From NCBI GenBank assembly GCA_009103225.1, contig RHPI01003536.1:1-64000 (forward strand): 64,000 bases of DNA, written 5' to 3'. Below are positions 13,201 through 26,632 of this stretch, piece by piece. Under the pieces are notes generated by a model that saw only the letters and a list, made by a program, of their open reading frames with translations, made no database searches and was not told the origin of the DNA. Both the position numbers and the translations under genes were made by a program. The stretch's first letter is position 1. Every line of letters begins with the position of its first letter. Source of the stretch: Chlorokybus atmophyticus (Eukaryota > Plantae > Mesostigma and Chlorokybus algae).

Positions 13201-13505
13201 NNNNNNNNNNNNNNNNNNNNNNNNNNNNNNNNNNNNNNNNNNNNNNNNNNNNNNNNNNNNNNNNNNNNNNNNNNNNNNNNNNNNNNNNNNNNNNNNNNNN
13301 NNNNNNNNNNNNNNNNNNNNNNNNNNNNNNNNNNNNNNNNNNNNNNNNNNNNNNNNNNNNNNNNNNNNNGGGGGCACATGTTTACATGCATAGTGTACAC
13401 GAAGAACTGCCTCATAGGCCGCACTGTCCACTCAACACTGCGGTCTATGAGCCAGCATACAGCAACAGGCTCATAGGATGCACTGGACAGTGTGGTCTAT
13501 GAGGC
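10222..13505. repeat. Dispersed family of about 38-bp palindromes (GGCTCATAGGCYGCACTGAACAGTGCGGYCTATGAGCC-like), about 8 copies
   Basis: Copies at about 10222-10257, 10285-10322, 12185-12230, 12594-12631, 12645-12683 and 13408-13505. The first has a perfect 13-bp stem: ATAGGCTGCACTG-AA-CAGTGCAGCCTAT. Confidence 0.75.
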
Positions 13506-15398
13506 GACTGTAGTAATGAAAGCGTGCGTGCGTGCTTGCCCGTGTGCGTGCGCCTCCGTGTGTGTATGCGAGCACCTACTCTCCCCTTCCGCTCACTTCG
13601 GTCTAGCAGATGAACTCGCTGTAGCGACCCCCAGTTGCGCGCCCTTCGAGCAGCAGCGTCGGGCTACCCCCGCAAACCCCAATTGAAACACTTTCAGCCG
13701 TAGAGATGAGCTTCTCTCAAGCACGTGCATGCATGCGCATACAAGTTACCCTGCCAGCAGCTTAATTGGTGACGTGCAGTTGCACTGACTGGCTGGTGCG
13801 ACACACTTCACGTGCAAACACGAAGCTCACTCTACAAATCTGCAACTGCTTGTAATGTCTATCTGTGGAAGACTTCAGCGATGCAAGTAGAGCTGCAGCT
13901 TCAGCGGAAGGACAGGCTGCTCTGCCTCCAACTCACCCGTGAGTTGCAAGACCAGTTCTGCGACTGACAGATGTGTAGTCACGCATTAGTATTGGAAGCA
14001 CTATGCACTTGTGGACATGCAATTGGCATGCGGCTCTACCTCTTCATGATGGACATGCTTACATGCAGTGCTGGTCCGCTGCAGCCTCGATGCTGTGCAG
14101 TTCTTGCAAATGCAAGCGGATGAGTTCGCTGGACGGTGACAACCCGACCTCTCAACCATGCAGCCAACATTGCGCTGGCGATGTGGTTGAAAACCCATCA
14201 TAGGGACTTGTTCACGTCCGCATGTACCGCTTGTGCAGGCTATGTAGAAGTTTGCTGCATAGCCTGCACAAGATGTTATCTCTCATCATACGCCAAAATA
14301 TATATCGTTGACGACGTGCCCATGTGTTACATAGATAACACATATACGCTCATGTGCGTGCATGTTGCTCGGGTAGCGGGTATGCAATTGCACAACAAGA
14401 GCAACGGAGCAAGCTTGTACGTGCCTGGATGGCAGTGAACCCATGTGCAACCGCTCCAGCAGAGTAGCGCGTGCGGTTTGCTGGCTAATATTGCTCTTCC
14501 TGCACACAACAATCAGGTTGAGACAGTTGTGCATCCACACAAGCAACGCTGGCTACTTCACATTCACTGTGCAAGCATGCCAGTGGCGACATATGTACAC
14601 TACGAATCTTGACCAACACACAAGCACAAAGGCTTGTTGGTAGTGGACAATACGGCTGAGCAGTGCATGCATGTACACCAAGTGCGTGCATGTGCAAGCG
14701 TGCATGTGCTTGCCTGTTGACGACAATCAACTCTACTGTGACCTGTGATTGTGGTGGTGGTTGCCACAACAGCCGCAGCAGCGCCTGCGGCTGTAGCAGC
14801 TGCATGGCAACAGCTGCAAAGCTGCAGCTGTTGCCATGGTTTGCGTTGTTAAGTTTGCTAATAAATCCATAACAGCTGCAAGAACAACAACCATGTCGTT
14901 GACAACAACAACACCAATGCCGACAGTGCACACAGCGGCCGCAGGAGACGCTGCAACCGTAGCAGCTGCTGTTGTTAACAAAGAGTGATAATTTACAGCA
15001 TCTACTTGCAGTAAGCCACATGCAACAAGCAGTGAGAACACCATCAAGCTTCAAGCTATTAGAAGCACTTTCCCTTTCCGTAGTAGGCCTACCTCCAGCT
15101 GGCCCATTGTATGTAGAACGCGGCACATTTGGTGAAGGAACCAGACGTTACATCGTTACAACGGCGGCGTCTTACTGCGCGACCAGCCCTGGCCCTGTCG
15201 GTTGCACCGCATACCAGTACCAGTGCTGCACTGGTGCATGGGCTGCGGGACACGCGACCAGCAATGGCCCGGTCATTCGGCCACCATACCGGCGGTGGTC
15301 CGATTACGGCCGGACCAGTCGCGGCACTGGTACGCTGAGCCGTGCCAGACGTGGCCTGCGCGCCGCCTCGGACTGATCCGCGCGTAAAAAGCACTGTG

Positions 15399-16260
15399 AT
15401 ATCAACACCTGTTGCCACAGGGCAAAAGACTACCACGCACCATGTATGCTTGCAGGTAAGTCATGCGTGTGCTCGATGTATAGGTCTGACCTTAAAGTCC
15501 ACATGTGCGTCAATAACTGCATCGACACTAGATGGGAGCCGGGAACGTCAACAATTTGGAGCAATGACAACGTGTGCGCCCACTGCAAAGAGAAGCTCTT
15601 TACACTATTCGAAACACCGGAAGAGGTTGCGCCCTCGCAAGGAGTACAGTGACTTTGGCGTGCACAATATAATCAAGCCCCATACAAGTTGAACGCGTTT
15701 TGCAAACTACGCCGCAATTTTCACGCAAGGGAACATTGAGATTCCAATTAAATTTAGGCTTGTACATATGTTGGCATGCGCTTGCGTGACTGTGCCCTAA
15801 TAGTATTCGATGGCAGACATCGTCTCTGCCATTGCATGACGCTACAGGCATCAACCGCAAGGTGGGTGGCCAACCGTTCAACAGTGACAATGAAGTGTAC
15901 ACGTTGGGCTGCGATGGTGCGAGGTATACAACTTCCGCACCTACTCCTGTTGCTTCATGTATTTGCGCTACAAAGACCTGTTGACAGGTAACCGTGCTGA
16001 AAATTGCTTCATCTGGCCACTGGCTCTCATCCCCGGCCCAAAGACCCCCACCGACATATGCGCCCATACCCATAATGAATACGGCATTGGCCTTCAATAA
16101 AGCTCGCAACCACACCAATGCACGTTCAAGGTGCCTCCCTGGGCTGGACGGTCACGCACGACATAAAACTTGACATAAATTTCCAAACAACTTCGCTCTC
16201 CACCGCGGCATTGGCAATCGAGTCTGAACATTGAAATACCTGGTGACGTCGATCTTTGCA
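15399..16260 (+). pseudogene. CACTA/EnSpm transposase remnant (Transposase_21 region), 3' part
   Basis: Motifs spread over shifted frames with stops: HLLPQGKRLPRTMYA, KVHMCVNNC...CAHC, TLGCDG and LALIPGPKTPTDI. Confidence 0.75.
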
Positions 16261-18519
16261 GATTCAAAAGTAAGCTACTCTATAAACGCACTGCGTGTAC
16301 AGAGTAGCTAACTTAGTTAAGGCCGGGTAGATGCCAACTTGTGGCAAGTTGGCATCTACACAACCTGTGTTATACCTGATTGTGGGACCAGATAGTGTCT
16401 GTTTAAAGTCTCACCACGCTCCAAACAGACACGCCATTGTAACAATACTACTACTTACATGCTGGTTGGGGCTTGGCAACCTTATGCACAAGCACTACGA
16501 ACTTACAGCAGAAGTCCCACCAGCACCACGGTGCAGTGGAAGTTGGAGCAGCGCACCAACGGAGGAGCGGATGATCACCAACCTCTCACACAGCTCCAGC
16601 CCCAGGCACACCCACGCCCAACACACCCACATGCACACACACTCCCCCTCACCCCACAAGGGATGAGGGGGAGAGCCCCTTCAACAGCACCCCACACACA
16701 AGTGGCCCTCGAGTAGTGATCACACTGTGGTCCGTACTCAAGGTTGCTACGAAGCCTTTACACCACTTGCTGCTCTCCCGACCTGGCACACATGATGTTT
16801 AAGGCCCAAGGCCTTGTTAGTGTGCTGTGTGTTGACCTATTAGCAGAAGCTAACCTTGTCCAACACAGACATCAACCTCAATGGTATTAAACTCCCTCGG
16901 TTTTACATAAGAGGAACAATCCTACCTCGGAATCACCAACATAAGCTCTCCTGGTACAATAGTACTTGCGAATTGCCCACAAGCATCACTCTGCCTTGCG
17001 ACTGTCATCGCAGTGGCCAATCGCACTATCACAATATGAGCATGTGGTTTGCCAACTTGGCTTTCTTTCTTGGAGCTGTCACATCTTGTGGCAACTCATA
17101 GGTTGGGCCAAAGGCCATAGGCACTAACCAGCACTGTGCTAGCCCTCATCAATGCCTTGTGTAGTTGATCACACCCAAGGCCATATAGGCTTAAGAGTAG
17201 ACGTACATGAGAGCACACCTCACAAGCACAACACATGCTCATGAGTAAGAAAATCCCACTGAGTCTCTTCTTACTTACATAAGTAAGGGACAGAGAATGA
17301 CTTTTGCCAGCCTTATATGCGTGACACCATTGGGTCTAGCTGGCATCTGGAATAAGCTTACAGGAAACTCTGTTCTCCACCTGTTGACAATTGAATCCAA
17401 ACACCAGTGTAAAGTCTTCCCCCGTCAAGAGACTTTGGTCTGAGAGAATAACTCCGATAACATCATAACATCGCATAAAATTAAATTATTTTATAGGCAA
17501 ATACTGCTGCTTAAGAGAATACTCTTACGCAACAAGACTAAGAAATCCGCTCAACATCTTTGGTGGGGCCAGTCTTGTAACAGGGGATCTCCCCGCTAAT
17601 AGCATGAATATTCAGTCGTAATGATGATAAACAATTATCATCAGCTATGTATATATAATATGTATACATGTATCAATAAATAAAATAGCAGCCACATCGC
17701 CATGTGATGACGTGGCCCAAGGGTAACATCAATAACCCTCAAGCACAGCATATTCATTCTCTTAAACTTGAAAAGAATACTATTCTCTTAAGCACCAAGA
17801 GAACACCCCCGTTTGTGGCATGAATAGCTGTAGGATAAACATGATTTATATAATGGGGGAAACCTGTACCTGATAACTTCTGCAGACCTTAAAGAGTAGC
17901 CACTCTATAACCGCTGGCTGGAATCTACCCGGCCTGTGTGAATATACAGTCTACCCCCGCTACAAGTATATCATCGGTCACGGAGGCTTCTAATCTTGTG
18001 ACGGGGCTATTTTCATTAATCGTTATAAGACTGCATAGTCTTAAAACGCATACATGCATATTTTTAATAATGCTAAAGAAAGTAAGCAATAGATGTATAA
18101 TTATATAGCTACAATTTTACATTGCATATTACACACTGTAAAACTACATTTATAATGCTATATGTATAAAATATGTGATATAATATAGTTATATGCATTT
18201 CACGTCGTTGTTTCCTCTCGTTGTTGGCAAATACATAAGAAATTAACATATATTCAGATATTCCCTACGCGGTTAAAACTAATCTTATGCCCATAGTTGT
18301 TTGGCAGGGCGGACATCGGTCCCATAAGACTAGACCCCTGCTAGGTGTGGAATAGGAGATTGTTGTGCGTGGTGGTGGTTTGAGCAAATGTGTTGTGTTG
18401 ATATGTGGAAGACCTCAGGTGCTAATGTGCAGTGCAGACATGCATGCACGTATTGTTATGTGTCGTGGTTAAGTTGTCAATAGGCATCAGGCTGATGCTT
18501 CACTCATATGTGTACTGCA

Positions 18520-19850
18520 TTTGTCTGATACGGCCAAGAGAGCTAACTTTACTAATGCCATGCTGATAGAGAAGGCCAAGAAGATACGTAACACATTTGA
18601 CATCCAGGACACGGATCCTAGTTTGTCTAATGGCGGGTTGGCCAAGTTTTGAAGCAGGGTGTTGCATTTGATGCATAGCCGCTATGCACACAAGCAGAGG
18701 CTTTGATTGTGTGTTGGCCTCAAGTTCTGATGTTGATGTCATGCTGATAAGTGAGGCAGAGAGAGCACCACGTCACACACACTTAGTGTACGCAAGTGCA
18801 TGCACACGCACATGCGCACACATTCTTAAAGCAAGTTGTACGCAGGCACGCACATACGCGCACAATTGCTTGTTGAACTTCCTTATTGTTAACAAGCTCG
18901 TGCATATGCAGGCATGGTCTCCAGAGTTATAAGATTCACGGCGAGGCAGATGATCAAGTTGGCATTAAAAATACTATCATGCATGTATCTACGGCTTTGG
19001 AGGAGTTGGGGATCATTAACGGGAAATTGGTGTACAACTTCAGCGAGTGTGCGCTCTTCATCACTAAACCAAACAAGACCTTGACGTGTCAGAAGGTTGG
19101 AGGGGAGAAAGCACAGCAGGAGTGTGTTACTGTAGGTTTGTTTCTTAATGCTATTGTAACACATATGCTCAAGCCCATCTTTATTAAGAAGAAGCCTGCG
19201 CGCCCAAAATTCTTTTGCAAGTAGGTCACCTGCTGGATTTGTTGCCTAGTACTACAACAGCTCTACAAGGATGGCGATTTTGGCAACTGGATGGCAGAGG
19301 TGAACCGATCCATGCGCGCTGCTGGCAAATACATCACAATGCTAATGAACAATGCCAGCATCTGAGGAGTTTACAGTTCAAGGCTTCAAAGCTATACGCG
19401 TTTTGAAGGTGACCAACATCTTCTCGCTTGTAAACACAAGCTCAGTTGTGCAGCCATTGAAACAAGGCATGATTGCTACAAAGCACGCTACAAGCGAGAG
19501 TTTGTTGAGTGGTTGTTGGAGGAGATTGAGGACGCGCCATCGAGGGTGTGAATGTTGACAAGATTGTGCTTGATGTGAAGCAAACGTTGCTGTGGGCTAC
19601 AACCATGCAAAAGAACTACGACGCGGCCCCTTTACCTACATCGTGGCAAGCATTTTTGCGCTGCGCAGACGGGCGTGGACGGCGCCAACAACAGGCGGCT
19701 ATCATGAACAACTTGTTACAGTTGATGAACAATTTGCCTTTTTGGGACAACCAGATGTCAGCTGAGGAGTAAGTGAACTTTGAGGCAGCGTGTGATGTTG
19801 TTGAGAAGTACATGGATGAGGAGCTCATGCAGTATGTTACTAGCCTGTGG
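18520..19850 (+). pseudogene. Tigger/pogo (CENP-B HTH + DDE_1) transposase, heavily decayed
   Basis: TNAMLIEKAKKIR...SNGGLAKF*SR (CENP-B HTH), VYNFSECALF...KTL...GGEK...VTVGLFLNA...LKPIFI, MLMNNAS (LLDNA motif), NTSSVVQPLKQGMIA. Possible Tigger-like TIR TA|CAGTCTACCCCCGCTA near 17947. Confidence 0.8.
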
Positions 19851-21830
19851 AGGAAGAAGCAGGATCTGCGAGTGGCAATGCACAAGAAGAGAGCATTGAT
19901 GATGATAATGAGCAACCCCCTCCACCGTGTTCCTTGTTTAACGCTAGGGCAGCATGCCGTAGGCTTGATGTGTTTGTCGCTAACAATCAGACCAGGATTC
20001 TGCAAGAAGGTTGTGGAGTAACAACCATGGAGTAACAACCCTTCCGGGGGTGGCGCGGTCGAAGACAATGGTTGTGTGCAATCTAACTAGGCAGCAGCAA
20101 GGGGACATTCAGATGTTCTTGCGTTGTGATGCATGATTAGTGTTTTCTTGCATTATGCGTGGTTATTTAACAAATGAGCGGTTGCATGTCGTCGTACACA
20201 ACATCAATGATGGTGTGCACGTGGACATGTTCACGGTAATTATTAAAGTAATACTTGCTTGTTATACGACGATACATACTGGAAACAGGGTTCGCTACGA
20301 TACAAGCACCATCATGTCGCATGTGCACAGGCAATGTTTCTGCAATGCGACATAACATTGCGTTATAAACATCAATGTCTTTCAAAAACAAGTGTGGTTA
20401 TTATACAGAGCGTAGACTTTAGCAAGGTACTGTAGTGATTGACTGTTGCATGCCACTGGCAGTGGTTGTTGCTATCAGCACCAATAAAATACATACTAAA
20501 TATTGTAACAAATGCCGCAAGATGTCTCTATATCTATTCAGTGTTTCACTATTGCTTGTGCATATTTAAACTATATGTTATATGATTACATACCTCTCAA
20601 TATATATATTAACATATGCATATAAGAATATTATTTATATGTACATATATATGTGTATATATATATAAATATATACATTGCGTAATGCCTGTTGCTACAG
20701 ATTGGTTGTACTACTTGCTGCCTTAAACTCCTGCCTTGCCCATCCCTCCGCCCCATATGCATGCACTTAGCTAGGCACATAGCCAGTGTACAAAAGATGC
20801 AAGCTGCATCACGCGCATGCACAGCACACAGCATGCATAGCAAACACCCACATACTCACTCAGCACACCGCATTTATGTTTACACTTCACACCACCGAGC
20901 TATCTACTATCCTGCGTACTTACTACTATTACCCCGTTAGACCACATGCAGTGCATGCATGGCAATCGAGTCACAGTTTTTACCTGCACGCACGTGCAGC
21001 TAGTTAGTCTTGCACGGTGTTGCAGTCAGCCAGCAGGACGAACAGCAGACGGACTGACTGACTCCCCCCGCCACTCTCCCTCTCCGTCGCTCTCCTGCCT
21101 CCCACAGCCACAGCCTCACCCGGCTGCTGCCTGCCACTGTGTATGCCATGAACGTTGTGTATGTAAGGGTATGATACGGTGGTGTGCAGCAAGCGTTACA
21201 TATCTTCTCAAACACCCACACTTACATACTCTTGGTCAAATGATGCTGCTTATGTAGAGTCCTCAGCCCAACACGAGGTCGCAACGCGTTGGCAATGGTC
21301 TTTACGCCAATTTTGGTGTCACATGGCACATAATTTATCACTCAAGTTGGCGCAAGATCAAACAAGGCGCAGCACCCAAGTCATTGCTATCACAATTGCG
21401 AAGCATACATCGTGTCATCGGCATATGAATTGTCATGACAAGAAGATACCACCATATCCCCACAAAGAGGGCACATGCATTGAACTCTGAAATCAAAAAT
21501 AACCAAGGCAGCACCTCATATTCTAGACTTTGAAGAGACTGCAATACCACTCAGAATGTACCCACCGGTGGCACTCATAGTCATATGCGGGTGTGAGCGC
21601 TGCGGCAGGACTTGGTGCTCGCGCAGCCAAGGCTCGCTTATCTGCACGAACCATGAATGAACCTTAGAGCAACTTGAAGTGTTCATAGTANTATTATGCG
21701 CAAGAACTTCGAAAAGACATAGAATACGCGTAATACATATGCCCGCACATACGAACAAATAAGGCTCTGTACCGCTTAAGCAAACAACATAGTAATGTAC
21801 ATCCGGTCGGGTTTTGCAAATGCATACTTT

Positions 21831-23621
21831 CTATGGGTCGCCATCATCTTCATACATATCGCTATCATTATCATCCTCCTCCTCAAGCTCTAAATCCTCA
21901 TTATCCAAGTGCCTAGCGTCGTCCTGCATCTTCTCCCGTACGAGATGTTCGTTTTGTCGTCCCGTCTCAGTCGCATCCCCTCGCGTAAGGAATTCTGGCA
22001 TCCACTCCGTCACGCCATATTGCTCGAACAACGTTTTCAATTGCTCATTAAGCGGTTGAAAGAACTCCACCAACATTGCATGCGTCTCATTAGACATGGT
22101 GGGAGCGGGATACGCAGCGCATTCAGAATGGTCGGACATGGCATTGTCGTGCACAACTCTGTCAGGGAGTGGGAGCTCGTACTCAATCCCGAGGTAGTCC
22201 AGCACGCGCGCAATGATGGCCTCGCGATCGTACACCAACTCGTGAAAGTCCACAATGAGAAATTGCCTCTGAGGTGGGAAGAGCCTCCACCACGGATCTA
22301 ACTGAACGGCATACCACGAGTCCAACAGAGCGGAAGGCCGACACTCCTCATACACCTGCACACAGGCACTCTCCATGAACATCCCTTTCCATGCAGACGG
22401 TACAGATGTTGTAAATCACCAAAAACATCTGTTGTACATAGAGGGTGATGCACGAATTGAGATTACCCGTGGCTTGGGGAGGTCTTGGCGTGCGGCCATG
22501 CAGGTGCGGGCCTCGGCCAGGGTCTGTTGGGCCCAATCATCGAACTGGACGTCGCACGGGATGTGCTGAATCACTCGGCCAATGTGGCCAAACCACGAGA
22601 GGGTGCGTTCGACCGGGTCGCGCAGGGAGACTATGAACTTGAGTCCTGCAACGAGCCCGTGACGGGAGTAGTGCTGGCCGATCTGCATCGCCGCGCTCAG
22701 CGTGCGCACGTAAGACGGCGTGCTGTCCATCACGTAACGCACTCTCTGCATGTGCGTAAGTACGTTGGTGCATGCGTGTGTGCATGTGAGCACATGCACG
22801 GGCGCGGGTGTAGGCCAGGGCCTGTGCTACTCTGTGTGTGTGCTTGCTAGCGGTCTGCGTGTGTATCCACATGCGGTGCAGGATGCATGGGCCACAGGCG
22901 AGTGCATACATGGGCGTGTACACGTCCCGGACGCATTTGCATGCTGATGTTGCAACCACAAGTGCATCAGAGTCGACGAGGACCATTTCTCACCCTATTG
23001 GCGAGGCGGCTGTCAGAGCACGGGGGGTAGCGCTTTGAGTACGCTGCCAACCACTCCGGCGTGGTGTGCGGCACCAATGGCTGGTCTGCAAAGTGAATCT
23101 CTTTCGTGTACTCAAGAACCTGCTTAATTGCAATTGGAAGCACACACACTCATCAGTGCTGTGCGTGCGCGTGTTGGCTTGGGTTAACTTGCATCTTAGA
23201 ACGCAACAACCCACAACTTGCCAAAGGGCTCACCTCTCCCTTGCCAAAGTTGTCACTGCAGACGCACATGAAATGTGTCAATGCCACGCCGCGCTGTCAG
23301 AATTGCGTGTTGCAAGCGCACATGCACACCTACACGTACACACCTGACGACATAGCCCCAGAGCGTGGTGGAGCCGCACTTCTGCCCGCCAATGAGGAAG
23401 AGGTTGGGCAGCGGGCGGCCTTTGTAGCACGGTGCGCCACCCGCGGTCCTGCTCAACACCTGCACCTCATCACCATCGCTATCAACACCACTCCCTCTAG
23501 CCAGCAGTGCCCGCCTTGGTGCACGCTCCCCGCTTGCAGCGGAGGCGGCGGCGAGGAGGACAACGACCAGAACAAGAAGGAGGCGGAGCAAGAGGGGTTG
23601 ATGAGGACGAGGAAGAAGCAT
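21831..23621 (-). CDS. Sulfotransferase copy B, 5 exons, apparently intact
   Basis: Same exon structure as copy A, including a 22-nt microexon at 23255-23234. Motifs PNLFLIGGQKCGSTTL, KEIHF, DSTPSY and LRDPVERTLSWF. Signal-anchor N-terminus. Confidence 0.85.
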
Positions 23622-24706
23622 GGCTAGATCTAGAGCGGGTGGGTCAGGTGGCGCTCTCGTCAAGCAATCAACCTGTCGTCGTTGCTGTTTGTCACACGTG
23701 ATTGCAGCACTGCTAGTAGTCCTGCGGTGTGCACACGACAGCCCGTCAATTAACATGAACATGAATGTGGAAAGCATGTGCACTGCACACGCCAACATGG
23801 ATATGCAAGCCTGTCTACTTGTGAGTAAATGCAGCTATGAGCGTGCACTCTGTAACACTACTGCTGCTGCTCACAGTTTGCGTGACGAGACAGACTCGAC
23901 GCATGCATCTGGCTTGGTGGATTTAGGCACCCCGCACCTCAAGGCAGCCGCATGAAACGCGGCGTTGTCGCTGGTCTACAATACGCAGCTGCTAATTGAC
24001 AAGAGAGAACAGCACGCTCACACCATTTGTCCAAGGGCAATGCATGCAGTGCTCTCCTGAGTCTCTGCCAAACTGACGAAACGCTGGGACACTAGTGTTG
24101 GCAAGTTGCTAGTAGTTGCTGCGTGCTGGCTAACGGGCACTCACCGTGTGGGAAACCTGGCGAGTTCTTTGCATGGAGTAGGTCTAGGCCAACCCAAACA
24201 GCCACCAAGACGCGCACATCGACGCCGACCCTGCCGCCGCCGCCGTCAGGCCACGCGTGGCGACGTCGGAAGCCGACACAGGGGTGTGGGGACAAATCTT
24301 GTCTGCCGCAGAGCAACACGAGACTTTGTTTTGACAGCGTTTGTGGCTAGGCTCAAAAACTCGGGCACGCGCGTGGCAGGACGGCGGCTGTGTCCGGTCT
24401 GTCACCTGACGATAGGCCTGCCGATGATCTTTGTGACCGACCAAAAGCGGTCCGAAGCGCTGTGATTCACGTTCATGCATTATGTGATCGCCACGGGAGA
24501 TCGCGATGAGAGAGCTACGACCGCGTCGCGTGCTGCTAGGTATGATGCGAGGTTGAAAACGTGACATCGGCCAGGGGCCCTTAGGGATATTGGGGTGCCC
24601 TGTTTCTGTAATGTTCATGTGGAATCCGGAACATCGGCTTCAAGTAATACTGGTAAGACATAGTATCAAATTGAACTAGTGGTGCGGCCGGCCTTGGTGC
24701 GGGTAG

Positions 24707-24739
24707 TTTCTGTGGTAGCCGGCCCGGCTACCGCAGAAA
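24707..24739. other. 33-bp near-perfect palindrome
   Basis: TTTCTGTGGTAGCCGG-C-CCGGCTACCGCAGAAA, with arms matching 15/16. Confidence 0.7.
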
Positions 24740-26632
24740 GGCACAACACGCATTAGGCTCTACCAGCCTCTGATTGGCTGGGCGTCGAAAATCGTAAATT
24801 AGACATCCGATCCATGCATCCATCTAGGCCGTCAAAACCACATCCATGTACTGTAGTGCTCCAAATTGTTTGCGACGAGCGCCGAAAAATATAGGTTTTT
24901 TCCCGTCAAAACCTTGCGAACCTATGCATTTCCAGTGCATGTGCAATGCATACCATAGTTACTGCCGCCGAGCAGGGGGGTCATTACTTCGTAAAGTGCC
25001 CTTGCAAATTCTGATATATTCCACGAACAAATCGTAGCACTACGGTAGTAACATTGCTCACTTGTGTTCATGTCATCATTTTGTAAACGAGAACAACATT
25101 ACCAGTATGTGTATAGTATATGACGGCATGTGCTTGCAACTTTGTACACGTATTGCACACCTCATTTTTATCTGTAAACGTAGTTTGGATGGATGTTATC
25201 CGCAATTTAAATCTATCCACATGATCGATATCGATAGTGTCAAGATTTATATAACTTTATGCAATGATATAGCATGGTATAGCATCAAAACAATGGCATT
25301 ATCTGTATACAAGTTAGCCATGAGATATGTTATATGTCATAAACACATTAATAAAACATGTTGACGGCCGATGCAAAGTCATACACCAATTTAATTTTAA
25401 TGCAAACATTGATACATAAAAGAGTTGCGTCACAAGTATTGTACATTTTGTGAAGCCAATGAAAGTGTAACCGTGCTTGATCGCAGTTGAAATTGTGCCT
25501 GCACATTATGAAATCAACTTGAAATCACATTATGTGATTTCAGCTTGAAGTCACATTGAAAGGTTGCATTGTTAAGTCGTACCATATGCTCAAAGTGGGG
25601 GGTGCGCGAAAACTGTCACGAAAATAACTGTCTCTCAATTACGGACGGCTGATGCATGGATGGCCCATTCCACAGGCGCGGACCACTGTTTCACGACACG
25701 GCCGGTCAAGTTCTGGCGCGCTACATCGGCGCCATCATTGGTGGGCCTGTCGAGGTACCGGCCCAATAATGGGCCGGCGGCTTGGGTTTGCTTGTCCCGT
25801 CGACATCGGGAACGGTTTTGGTCCTAGCCTTCGATACCATCATTGGGGCCTGGCAATGTTCAGTCTGCTATTGCTTGTTGAAGGGTACTCTCGCACCAAA
25901 GTTGGTCCAAGCCTCTGCAACCCTCATGACAGTCCAATCGCCAATGGTTCTTTCGGCTGCCAAAGCTTATGCCGGCCCGTTTAGCGCTGGGTGCGGCGTG
26001 AGCGGCGTATCTGGTGCGCCAAGTAGCGTGTGGTGACTTAGATAATGCTGCGCTGAACTGCGACTAGCGACATTGATGTGGTTGTATAAAATGCGTTTTG
26101 CGACGGCGATGCACTCACGTTCAGCGCTGCTGGATCAGTGTCGAGTGAGCGTGTTCTGGTGTAGGCATTAAGGAGTGCTACGCTGTTGTGTCAGGGGTTA
26201 ACAGCGCTGTTATCAGTGCGACCATCGTTTGTTGTTTGCGAGTAGACGGCGGTTGACGTAGTCAGTGGGCTATTTGGCGGTAGAGTCGTTTATGTCCATC
26301 TTGCCGCTTTTCGACGTCTGTGCCACGTTAAATTGGCGCCATTTGCTCGTGTGCTGGTGGTTGCTGTTGGTGTGGTTGGTGCGGGGTTTGGTGTGGACGG
26401 CGGCGGGATCGCGGGCGACGTGGGCGGTGAGTCGATCACGTAGCATGGCGGGGCATGTAGGTGCTAGTGGCGCCGGCCTCGACGGCATTATCTTTTCGCT
26501 GAGCGCCTCATTGGCATACATCAGGCGCAGTCAGTCTTTCTATCAGACTGCCTGCGAGCAGGTGAATGCCATTGTTGGTCTGCTGTGATGGTGATTACAT
26601 GTTGTCGCAGCTGAATGTGTGGTCAATGTTAG

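Larger units (their letters stand above)
7837..15398. mobile_element. Non-autonomous CACTA/CMC-like element (about 7.6 kb) carrying gene-fragment cargo, nested in an older CACTA transposase
   Basis: 3-bp TSD ATA at 7834-7836 and 15399-15401. Ungapped imperfect TIRs CATACACATTTTTTTCCACGGACCAG / CACAGTGCTTTTTACGCGCGGATCAG (16/26). CGGACCAG-type subterminal repeats in both orientations at both ends. Removing the element restores the host reading frame. Confidence 0.75.

Noticed and set aside
10367-13502. Long ORFs in the track filled with X (also 6653-6946, 27129-27876, 48515-49427)
   Set aside because: They are artefacts of N gaps, poly-G and (CA)n runs, not genes.
16438-16830. Copia-like polypurine tract TGAGGGGGAG|TGT (minus strand) with a possible LTR and RNase H remnant
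   Set aside because: No second LTR or TSD, and the LTKAL-like motif needs an assumed frameshift. Too degenerate to call.
21490-21620. IVICGCERCGRTW as a second sulfotransferase P-loop
   Set aside because: It is an isolated motif in a frame with stops, with no other supporting motifs.
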